Shown in pieces: positions 13,564 through 24,067 of a stretch of 64,000 nt of DNA. The stretch is from contig NW_026250410.1 of assembly GCF_024521635.1 (NCBI RefSeq), positions 248,001 to 312,000 of the forward strand, read 5' to 3'. Position 1 is the first letter of the stretch, and every line of letters starts with the position of its first letter. A program made the translations under genes and the position numbers. Origin of the DNA: Tricharina praecox. Lineage: Eukaryota. The notes beneath the pieces were generated by a model, which made no database searches, was not told the DNA's origin, and saw nothing but the letters and a program-made list of their open reading frames with translations.

Positions 13564-14227
13564 ATGTGGGTGGAGTCGTATGGAGGTGGATAATGTGCTG
13601 TGAACAGCTCTGCGATTGGCAGTGGCTTTCTCTGGCAGTGGCACTGGGCACCGGGGGGGAGCATGACATGGCCGGCCGGGCGGTCGGTCGATTCGGCAAA
13701 TGGGATGGTGCGCGCGCGCAGCAGTCGGTGGGACACGGAAAGCACGGGACTTTGTCGCGACAAAGCATCGAGAAGTATCGTGCGGGGTCTCGCCAAACAC
13801 GATGGGCCACTCCGGATACCTAGGCACGAGTCTCTACGTATCTCCACGATTCTTTATATCGCACGTCCGCGAAATGCCTGAAGGAAAACACTTTATGCAG
13901 ATATCACTGGATAATCGTTTAGGGGCAGCGATACGTGAGCCCGTGCAAGGACCCCCTAGTGGATATTCACCCGCCCGTCATCACGAATTCGAAGCGATCC
14001 AGTGGTTAAAACAGACTTCCCTCGGGCTCTGTCGAAACACCTCCCGCCATTACTCATACATATGGAAGATTCAGATGTGTTTCGCGCGGTATGTACATAC
14101 GAGCACGACACATGTGCAAATACTTCAGCACAGTTAGGAAGTGCTGACTAAGGCATGACGAACAGCAATCAGGCTCGCCTGCATCATCATCATTACCATC
14201 ATCGTCGTCATTAGAGTACAAACTGCA

Positions 14228-14721
14228 TCACACAACCCTCACATTGCCTGCCTCGTCTGCCTCGATCCTCTTCCCGAGAGCCACAATCATGGGGCTCGCG
14301 TCCAGATACACCTGGTAGAACTGCAACTTCTCCCCCGACTCGTCAAACACCATGCGAGACGACCACTCGGTTGTTAATGAACGTCCGCTCTTGAGCGTGT
14401 AGTCAACGTGGCCAAACATCATCACGGCATCCTCGTCGGCACCAGCGACGGACGGGTAGAGCGCAGTCACGACGTGGTGACGCGAGGACACAGCTGCCCA
14501 CATGCCCTCCCTCACGGCCAGGATTTCTAATGACGGTCAGCTCTGCCCCGGAGACTTCTCGGGGTGCACGGGCTGGACTTACGGTCTTTGCCGACAGCGG
14601 TCTTGAGGCCCATCTTGAGGGTGGCATCGGCGGTGAAGTTCTCGGTGTATCCAACATGGTCCGTTGGGTTGTCGCTCGCGAGGAAGAACGACTCAACAAA
14701 AGCGGCGTGATCCCGAGGCAT
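14228..14721 (-). CDS. Small SnoaL/NTF2-like fold protein (about 145 aa, 2 exons)
   Basis: Exons 14721-14583 and 14526-14228 join in frame (GTAAGT..CTGAC..TAG intron). The pattern FVESFFLASD..YTENFTADATL..G.DQI...R...W..V..RHH......G.V.Y.....EW......LQFYQVYLD matches SnoaL-like proteins. Confidence 0.8.
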
Positions 14722-15068
14722 TGTGATGTTGGTGATGGTATCGAGGTTGTTTTTTGCGTGTGTATGTATGTGTCGGTATGTGTGTGTAGTTTCGTAATAT
14801 ACTCTATCTTGCTATGCCTGAAGGTATTGTTCGGATGTCTGCCTTGAGCTCGAGATGGTCGCGGAGTTGTGACATTCTGGCCGAGATTGCGGCGAAGAAA
14901 GTATCGGATCCATACATCCGAAGGTCCTCGGTTTCTCTACCAGCGGTCCAGATGACGTACACTACCATATCTCCATCTCAGAGTTCATTCACAGCAGACA
15001 AAACTCCCGAGTCCCAAATCCCCATTACGCACTGCTCCAGATCAATTCCGCATCATCAGAGTTTCACC

Positions 15069-15926
15069 ATGTCGTACGCACAACTCAAGAGCGCAAAGGT
15101 CCATTACACCGACATAAACCCAAGTCCGTCGGACGTCTCGGACACAGTAGTCTTCGTTCACGGCCTGGGCTCCTCGCAGAACTTTTACATTCCTCTCACA
15201 TACACACTGAAGAAAGTCAATCGTCGCTTCATCCTCCTCGATTCGCCGGGTGCTGCGCGGTCACCTCTGCCGGCTGGAGATGTTCTCACGGTTCAATCGC
15301 TTGCCGCAACTGTACTCGAGCTTCTCGAGCACCTCGGAGTCGCACAGAATGTCACGATAGTCGGACACAGTATGGGGTGCCTTGTGGCCCTTCACATCGC
15401 ACAGCTTGCGCCGGAGAAGGTTGTGGGCTTGGTCCTGTTGGGTCCAGTCTACCCTTCGGCTGGTCTCGCGGAGGTCTTCGAGAAGAGGATTCCCGCGGTG
15501 AAGAAAGGTGAATATCTTCCTCTTCACGTACAGTCTGGGGGGTCTCTAACGGGATCAAAAACAGATGGAATGGAATCGATGGCCGCTGTGGTCCCCAACG
15601 CCGCTGTGGGCGTGAAGGCCTCGCCACTAACGAGAGCATTCATCCGTGAACTTCTACTAGGTCAGACTGTTGACGGCTACGCTGCATTGTGCAATGCCAT
15701 TGCCACGTCAACTGTTGGGGATCTGTCAAAGGTCAAGCAGCGTGTCCTGATCGTTGCTGGTAGTGAAGACAAGAGTGCTCCCATGGAGGGATCCCAGAAG
15801 TACAACGAGGAGATCGCAAATGCAGAGCTTAAGGTTATCGATGGTGTTGGTCACTGGCATGTCGTTGAGGCACCACAGGAGGTTTCAACGATTGTGGATG
15901 AATTCTTGGGTGCTTCCACAGTGTAA
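15069..15926 (+). CDS. Alpha/beta hydrolase, 3-oxoadipate enol-lactonase (PcaD/CatD)-like (about 266 aa, 2 exons)
   Basis: HGLG oxyanion motif, GHSMG nucleophile elbow, AGSED acid and GVGHW catalytic His. GYAALCNAIA resembles PcaD. There is an in-frame 57-nt intron at 15508-15564. Cluster context supports the substrate call. Confidence 0.82.
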   Translation: MSYAQLKSAKVHYTDINPSPSDVSDTVVFVHGLGSSQNFYIPLTYTLKKVNRRFILLDSPGAARSPLPAGDVLTVQSLAATVLELLEHLGVAQNVTIVGHSMGCLVALHIAQLAPEKVVGLVLLGPVYPSAGLAEVFEKRIPAVKKGEYLPLHVQSGGSLTGSKTDGMESMAAVVPNAAVGVKASPLTRAFIRELLLGQTVDGYAALCNAIATSTVGDLSKVKQRVLIVAGSEDKSAPMEGSQKYNEEIANAELKVIDGVGHWHVVEAPQEVSTIVDEFLGASTV

Positions 15927-16405
15927 ATAGCTTCTCTATACGGTACTTTGGATGGATTTTTGGGTGCTGTCACAATGTAAACAGCTTCTCCATACGGTAT
16001 CCACTTTAGAATACCTAGGTAATTGTAACGATGTTGATCCGAACCTAAGGGATCAGCCTTTGGCCACAAGGCTCGGCCCACGACATCCGCGTGCGCTCTA
16101 CATAGCTGTTGCCATGGTGCGACTTACCGCGGTATTCCATCCGATGGACACCCCCACACACGGCGTCTAGATAGTTACAGAGCTTCATCGGAGCATCTCG
16201 AGATGACCGATGCTTAGGTATCAAGAGGCTACATCCGCCAATCAATCAGCCACCATCTCCAAGCTCTTGGTCCGAGCTCTCCTTCCAGCCATTTCTTTTG
16301 CACGCCAACTTCCCGCTCCCTAACAATTGGTAGCGCCGGCTGTCTCTATTTCCGCCCGTTTGGAGGGGAACCACGCAGCTCCGCACATAGCGCACTTATA
16401 CCACG

Positions 16406-16605
16406 CATCCGACGCAGTTTCACCCCCATCCGACGCCATCAGGGTGCATCTCGTCTACCCCGCAACTCAAGCATCCGACGCATCTGGAGGACCGAGAAGA
16501 TCCTTGCCTATCTAGCTCTTCCTTTCCCCATTCCCGAAGTCCGCCCCGCATTTGAGCTTCCAACCAAATGACACGCATGAAAAATCGTCGCATCCGACAG
16601 TCGGA
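16406..16605 (+). promoter_or_regulatory. Cluster of CATCCGAC(GC) motifs upstream of the dioxygenase; candidate Zn2Cys6 binding sites
   Basis: CATCCGACGC at 16406, 16427 and 16472. CATCCGAC at 16591 overlaps the palindrome TCCGAC-A-GTCGGA (16593-16605). The function is inferred. Confidence 0.55.
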
Positions 16606-16834
16606 GTAGAGGAGTTACGGAGATATCCCCCAAGAAGATAGCCTCCAACCATAGACGAATTGAAAGGTTGTATTCCCTGCCTTCTCGTAGATACATATAT
16701 CCACCAGGATCAGCAATACCCCATTGCCCCAATTCCAATTCCCCCCGCATCTTCCCATTCGATACCTCACGATACCCTCACCGTTCAATCTCCTCGCCTC
16801 TTCTTTCTTTGATACCCCCACACAAAGCCCCACA

Positions 16835-17842
16835 ATGTCCGCCTCCCACAACCCCTCCGCCGACCGCAGTGCGGCCCCTCAGCCCGCCGGTGCCGACCAA
16901 GCTCTCGAGACCTTTAAGGCCACTCTCAGCGACCCTTTCACCAACAATGTAATCAACGCCATGTCTCCCGAGACGCCCGAGCGGGCACGCGTTGTCCTGA
17001 CCTCTCTGATCCGCCACCTGCACTCCTTCGCACGTGACGTGCAGCTCCTCTCGCCAGAATGGATGCTGGGAGTCAACACTCTCAACCGCGCCGGGCAGAT
17101 GTCGGACGACAAGCGCAACGAGGGAGTTCTCGTTTCGGACGTTCTCGGTCTCGAGGCGCTGGTCGACCAGATCACGCAGGAGTCCATGTCGAAGATGACG
17201 GTGGATGCGCTCAAGCCCGCCACGCTGTCGTGCATTCTCGGCCCGTTCTTCCGCGAGGACGCCCCCAAGTACGAGAACGGCGCCGACATCGTGCAGAAGC
17301 ACGGTGAGGATGATCCCACCACCTTCATGGACGGCCACATCTATGATCTGGCTGGCAACCCCGTCGAGGGCGCTGAGATCGACCTGTGGCATACCAACCC
17401 CAACGGATTGTACGAGCAGCAGGACCCCGACCAGCCCGAGTACAACAACCGTGGAAAGTTCTTCACCGACAAGAACGGCTACTACTCGCTCAAGTGCCTG
17501 TGCCCCACCAGTTACCCCATCCCTTACGACGGTCCTGCCGGTGACATGTTGAAGCTCATGGGAAGACAGTGAGTTCCCCTCCGCATCCTCCACCAGTGAA
17601 ACAACCACTAACGCTTCGCCACCAGCCCGATGAGACCCGCGCACATCCACATCATGGTGCGCAAGGCCGGCTACGCGCCTCTGACCACTCAGATCTACGA
17701 CAGCCGCGACCCCTACACTCTCGACGACTCCGTCTTCGCCGTCAAGGACAGCCTGGTTGTACACTTCGTCGACAGCAAGCGGGACGACGTCAAGTACGAG
17801 CTGACATACGACATCCACCTTTCCCAGGCCCACAACGAGTAG
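16835..17842 (+). CDS. Intradiol ring-cleavage dioxygenase (catechol / hydroxyquinol 1,2-dioxygenase; about 316 aa, 2 exons)
   Basis: LIRHLHSFARDV, SDVLGLE, ILGPF and DLWH motifs. Fe(III) ligands lie in GLYEQQD, SYPIP and RPAHIH. The intron at 17569-17625 restores GRHPMRPAHIH. Confidence 0.93.
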
Positions 17843-20595
17843 AGTAGAGAAAGTACGCGATTTTTGATTTTGGTCTTGGTTTTGATCTTTGGAATCTGCT
17901 TTGCATGGTGTGCCTGCCTGTCTTGTGGTGTTTTCTGTTTTCTGTTTTTGGGGGTCAATTTTGCTGCGAAACCACCGTGCGGTGGTGGGGATTCGCTTGT
18001 AGTGTAACATGTACCTACATAATGGGCGTTAAATAAGTATTCGGTAGTCTGTAATTATGGTACAGAATCTACAGATATAATGTCCAGCTTCCTCTCCCGA
18101 GGCGTGATCGAAGGTATTGCACAACGTGAAAAGTCCTGGATACCTTCACCAATTGTTCCTCGAAGGGCACGAGCACACTCACCACAAGACACTCGTGCTT
18201 ACGAGTGGTGATTCTTGGTAACTCCTGAAATGCCCACCTCTTGTAGGATCATGTTAATCACGGACACTCACTGGGGTCTCTTGCTCCGAAAACCAGGCTT
18301 GTGGTAATGGACACACACTATCACTCGGAAAATCCCCTCGAAGGCTGGCAGGAAAGGTCGCCATAGTATAGACTGTATCATTAGAGGTCAAAAGGTCAAT
18401 GCGGATTCTACTATAGGTACCTATTGGAGCTGCCCGTGACAACATGGCCGAAGTTTCAGCGGCGTTGGAGTCTGGAGACTCGAGAGGCTAGGTATTCACA
18501 TCACCGTGGTGGCGACACCGAAAGGAAAACTTACCATTCCTGGCGGAGTAAACAAACTGCTGAATACACTGACCCTCGACCTCTTGCGTATAGTTATCTG
18601 GGTGCATATCTGTTACCTGCCTGAGTTGCCATTGACACTGCTACCTAGTGCTATTCACACACGCTCGCTCGCTTTCGATATCGTCCCACTCTACATGCAG
18701 CCTTGGAAGTTGGAGCTGTAGCACGGGCTAGCTGGCTAGCTGGCTGGCTGGTTGTTCAGCGTCTATTGTTCTCGCCTCATCTCGAGCGGCTATTCACACT
18801 CCACCGTGTATGACTAGTAGGAGCCGAAGAACCGGATGAGCCCGACGAGCCTGACGGTTAGAACTAAATGAGTCTGGCTAGAGTCGGTGGGACGGAATCA
18901 TTCGCACTCGCACTTGAGAAGCCGAGAAGTTGAGATCCCGTGCCCTCACGTGCACCACGACCAGACCCAGTGCAAGTTACTCGGTGCGATTTAACTACTC
19001 CCGATACTGATATCTAACGTCTGCTCACTCGTATGAGGTATGTAGTCTGGAATTGTAGGCAGACGGTCGTCAAACGGAAGGGGTCCATCCAAGATTCCAA
19101 GCTTCGAGAGCTCCGAGCATCTATTCGAGCTGGACAGCTACCTACTAGGTATTCAGAAGTCGACCTCAAGGGCTCAACCACCAGTTTCAATAAACCTGCA
19201 TCCCCGGATTCACAGCTAGGCATTCACTGCTATCCACGTTCGGCGTCCCATCCACCGAGCCACGTCGTCCCACCCACCGGGCCACCCCATCCCACGCCGT
19301 CCCACCCTGCCACCCCCCGTCCCCGTTCCCGTCCGGTTCGCCCCCCGTCCAGTTCCGTCCAGTTCCGTCCCAGCTTGAGCCCTCCGCCACCCCGCCGCAG
19401 TCTCTCTCAGCAGTCCAGCTTTCAGCGCTCACCCAAGAGTCAAGCAGCCAGCCATGTGCGGCTGCGAGCACGCTATGTGCGCTACATGTGGCGTTATGTG
19501 GCGCCATGCGAGTAGAGTAGAGGTATATACGCTCGCTCACTCGCACCGAGAAGTTAGAACAGCCGGAAGGTGAGGGGGTGGGGGGTGGGGGTGGGGGTGA
19601 ACGGGTGAGTTCCCGGAGTTGCCGGGGTTCCTGGAGTTCCTGGATTCCCGGAGTTGCTATTGACATTGGCATTGTCATTGGTATTGATCCTATTGATCCC
19701 ACTGGCATTGATCGCATTGACCACTCCGTGGCGCGCGTGAATGTACATACAAGGTACGCAGGTACTCAACCCCCTTGCCATGGCGAGGCCCAGGGAGTGG
19801 ACTTCCTCCCCAGCTCCGCTTTCGTTGCTCGCTGCTCGTTACTCATTGCTGGCTTGGAACTCGACCGTTTGGCGAATCGCGAGTAAGGCTGGATGGCTGT
19901 TGGTAGAGACGAGTAGAGTAGAGTAGTACCAGACCTCATGGACGGAATGAACATATCATACAAATACCAAAACTGCCCACCTCAACCTCAATCGTGCTCC
20001 AAAACTGCAACTGATACAACTTCCACCATGTTACCTATACCATACGCCCACCAGTCTCCAGTCTCCATTTCCGGCCCTCGTTCTCGTTCCCGCTCACACA
20101 GCTTCACATGCACACCTCAATCCCCCCTCCGTTTGCTTTTCCTTTTCCTTGTCCTCCTCGCTCGCTCGCTTCCCCCCGTCTGCCTCCGTCTGCCGCTTCC
20201 TTCCCGCTGTCACCCTCCATCCCCAGCCCCTCCCGCTGTCACAGTATCACCCGCCCGCATTCGGCCTCCCGTCCCCTCCCGTTCCCAGTCCACAGATTCA
20301 CCTTCACCTTCACATTCACATGTGTCCATCTTGGCTTTCGCTTGGTTTCTTTTCTTTATGTTTTGTTTTATTCTTTCCTAAGTATTTTCCCATCCCCCCC
20401 CTTTCGCCCCCCAGGCCCATCCCCTCAGGCCCCACCTCGCCCTTTCTTTACAATACTCTCTCGCTATCACTCCTATCACTCCTATCACTCCTATCACTCC
20501 TATCACTCCATATTTCAATATCTCAATATCTCAACCCGCCCAAACCCCCTAAGCCAAGCCAAGCCAACCAGTAAAAAAGAAAGAAGAAAGAAAAA

Positions 20596-20596
20596 A

Positions 20597-20680
<84 letters not shown>
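20596..20680. repeat. (AAAG)n microsatellite; adjacent (CTATCACTC)5 at 20464-20509
   Basis: Read directly, downstream of the TBC gene. Confidence 0.9.
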
Positions 20681-20681
<1 letters not shown>

Positions 20682-20984
20682 AGAAAAAGTACAAAAAAAC
20701 GAAAAAAATATTGTAGAGTGACGGATGGACAGGACAAAGTACAAGGCCGAGTGTTATATAACGAAACAACGCAAACTCAGCAGAAAACACAGCAGCAGCA
20801 GCAACAGAAGAAACAACACACTAAACGCCACGCCTCGAAAACGGCAAACAGAAAACAGAAAACAGAAAAAAAGCAACACCGCTCCATAAATGCCCCCCAT
20901 AATAAGAAAACAACAAAAAAAACACAAAACAAAAAGAAAACAAACGTTAAGAAACGAGTTATAGTTAGCGACTGCTGTTGCGTG

Positions 20985-23900
20985 TTACGTCTTCACCAAG
21001 ATCTTTTTAAACTTCTTCCCCAAGTCTCCATGGTGGCCGCCTCCAACTTTATGCGAGGAGGCAGTATCGAATCCTGTGCTGCGCAGTGCACCGTCATCCT
21101 TGCTGAGTCGGACGCCGCGGGCGATGAGCGCACGCTCTTCGGCAAAGACGTTGCGGCGCTCCTGCCGGCGCTCATCGATGGTTTCTTGGCTGAGGTGGCC
21201 GAAGCCGTTGCGGCGACGGTAGCAGGCTTCGATCAGCGCGCCGGCATCGATCAGCCGTCGCGGAATCGTCTGCACCACTTGGAAGATCTCCATCGGGTCG
21301 TTGACGGCTTTGATCTGGGGCTCGCCGGTTTTGAACACCGTCAGGGCGATGCGGAAGAGCGTTTTCGAACCCTCGCTGTGGTGAGATTAGCATCAAACGA
21401 GTAGCTCGATGGAGTGTTCCTTGTACTTACTACCAGAGACAATCCCAGACGCGAAGGATGGACTCGATAGGTAGGCTTCCGATAAAGCCGCTCATGAACC
21501 ACGATGAAGTGCACAGTGTGACTGGTGGAAGTGCAGTACCATTAAGCTCTACCTCACTACCGTCCAATCCTCCACCAATCTTCTGCCAGATGTGTGGTAA
21601 ACTATCTCGGACGCTCGTCATGAGTACCTGTTTTATTCTGCGTTAGAGGGGTCCCCACTAATTCGGAGCGACGCAAGGGAACGGCTTACCCATTGATCCA
21701 CACTACTCCCCTCCAAGTTCATCTCGTGAGTTCCTGGCAGATGCGTCTGGGTCATGATAAACAACATCCAGAAAGCCTTCTCTTCCGGCATAAACAACAG
21801 CAGCAACCCGGCCAGAAAGTTCAGACTCTGGCAGTACCCAATCCTCGGTACATGTATAGCAAACGCACCCAACACCCTTCTAAGTTTTTGCACCATAGGC
21901 GTCTCGAATTGCTTCTCCAGCATCTTGGACATCCGCGTCCCGGGAGGAGGATCGGGCTTATATTTGATATTGTCGGGGAATGTGCGGTGAAGATCTCGCT
22001 CGATCAGCTCCGCATCGGGCGCAATCGACCCCTTCTTAACCAGACTATCGTATACCCCCACATTCTTGCTGAGATACTTCTGACCCCCCGCATACCAGAA
22101 CCAGGCTGCGCCTCTCCATTCCGGAGGTATACCTTTGCGCACATATCGTTTTATTTTGGCCGACTTGGGTGGAAACCTAACTGGCCCCTCTTCTCCGGGC
22201 GTCAACCCGGATTCCCGCAACAGCTGATCCCATTTCTTCCGTCGCCTCTCCAGCGTCTCGTTGTACCGCCCCTCCCATTCTTCGTACTCCGCTAGCGAAA
22301 TGTATTGGCTCTGCTTCTTGAATCTATCGCACACCCATTCGCCGTCAGTAACATGCTCGATGGATGGATGTCAGCCCTAGGGGGGGGGGGGGGGGGGGGG
22401 GGGGGGGAGGGGGGGGGGGGGTCCTACCCGTATCGATCTCTGGGTTCTATAGGCGGGAGCGGTGGATCTGCGATAGCTTCTGGTATTGGGTCTTGTGGCT
22501 GTTCTGGCATATCCGGTGATGTGGTGTCGACCCCTTCGTCCATTTCGCCGTTCTCGTTCGGTACGGAGCTGAGAACCATCTCCTCGACCAGATCCGGCGG
22601 AGCACCAACGTCGGGACCGTCCTCGATCGACGGAGCTGGCGATTTGCGCCGGAGCACCTCGTCGGCTCGCGGTGCGCCTAGTGATTCCCCCTGTGCCTGC
22701 CTCAGTATCTCCTCCTCCAGTCGCTCTTCCTGATCCGAGTGTCGCGACCGCGTTTCCGGGGATGCCTCGCCTCCGAGAACGGAATCCCCCTTCATCCTAT
22801 AGCTACACTCGGAATAGCTGCCGTGCGGGGAATTTCGTCCTCCGCCGAGCACCGAGTCGCCCTTGCTCCGCCGATGCTCAGATTCCATCCCGGAGGTGTA
22901 CATGTCGTCATCCGTGTCGGAACCGTACATCCCTATCGCCTCGTCCACCGTCATCGCGTGGCTGTCTTCGGTCGGTGCTTCGGACGCAGTGGTGAAGCCG
23001 CTCGATCGATTCATGTCGGAAGCTGAGAGCGCCGAGCGGAAGGATGTTCGAATCTCGTCGGCATTGTTGAAGGGACCAAACGAGCTGTGCGGGGAGTTGT
23101 ATGCGCTACTGTTTGCCGAGAAGGGGGGTTGCGGTGGGTAGGGGTGGGTTCGTGGGGGTTCGCGCTGTTGGGGTCGTTGGCGGTTTTCGTAGAGGTCAGG
23201 TGCGCCGTTCGCGGGGATTACATGGGGACCGCGTGGGTGGTTGCGCGGTAGTTGTGGTGGTTGCGGTGCCGGATGCGATCCCGTGGTAAACCCCCGTTCC
23301 CTGGCTATGTTGTTGAAAGCGAGAGGCATCTTGAGGCCCGGGGGAGGTATCGGCCGGCCCTGCGCCATCTGGTGAGGATGCTGACGTACATCGTTCCGAC
23401 TGCCTGGCCTGCTCCCCGGCCTGCTCCCGGGTCTGTGGCCACCGCCACTTATTATCCGTTTTCCAGACGAAGGTCGTGGTGGAGCTCCGACAATCATCCC
23501 CCTCTCGATGCTCTTCTGTCGTATCAGCCTGTTTCCGCCGTGCGCGACAGGTGGCACCTGTCTCCCATCCCAAACTTTGTAGCTGTTAGAGCTGCCACGT
23601 TCGCGGGAATGTGATCGGGCTGGCGGTCTCGTGCCTGGGCCGCCGCGTAGCGTCTGGCCTAACTCTGGAACTGAGGACATCCGCCTCACGCCGGCGTACC
23701 GATTGACTTGCGGTGGTCGATTCGCTGGTTTGTTTGAGGGATGCGACGGATGCGACGGGTGGGGGTTGGGGTGCGAGGATGGCAGGTAGAAAGTGGTGTC
23801 GTCCTCGTCGTCGTCGGAGCGGTACGGGGGAGGGGGAGGGTGCGGCGATGTAGGAGGGGCGACGCCGTTCGGAGGTGGAGGAGGTTGGTGGTTGGTATTA

Positions 23901-24067
23901 TTGATGTGGTTTGGGGGGGTGTCGAGCGGGTGTTGTCGCGGAGGGGAGGGATGTGGGAGGTGGTATTGACGTTGTTGCTGCGGTTGCTGCGGCGGCAACT
24001 GCCGTACTACTCCTTCATCTAATGAGTGCCCTGTCGACCTTGGGTCTATATTCGACGCGGTAGTCAT
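20985..24067 (-). CDS. MSB3: TBC-domain Rab GTPase-activating protein, Msb3/Gyp3-like (4 exons)
   Basis: Exons 24067-22428, 22323-21690, 21627-21431 and 21375-20985. Motifs: RDRYGFKK, RYVRKGIPPEWRGAAWFWYAGG, IERDLHRTFP (Arg finger), GYCQSLNF (Gln finger) and RVWDCLWYEGSK. The N-terminus is long, Pro-rich and predicted disordered. Confidence 0.9.

Noticed and set aside
12961..13827. Longer N-terminus for the Zn2Cys6 TF as given in the ORF track
   Set aside because: The track start is GTG and the extension is low-complexity leader. The first plausible ATG is 13563.
14814..15068. 85-aa N-terminal extension of the hydrolase
   Set aside because: It would consume the shared divergent promoter. 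ATG 15069 has a CACC context and starts at the hydrolase fold.
20108..20790. KKER/FFLS-repeat ORFs
   Set aside because: They come from (AAAG)n and (CTATCACTC)n microsatellites.
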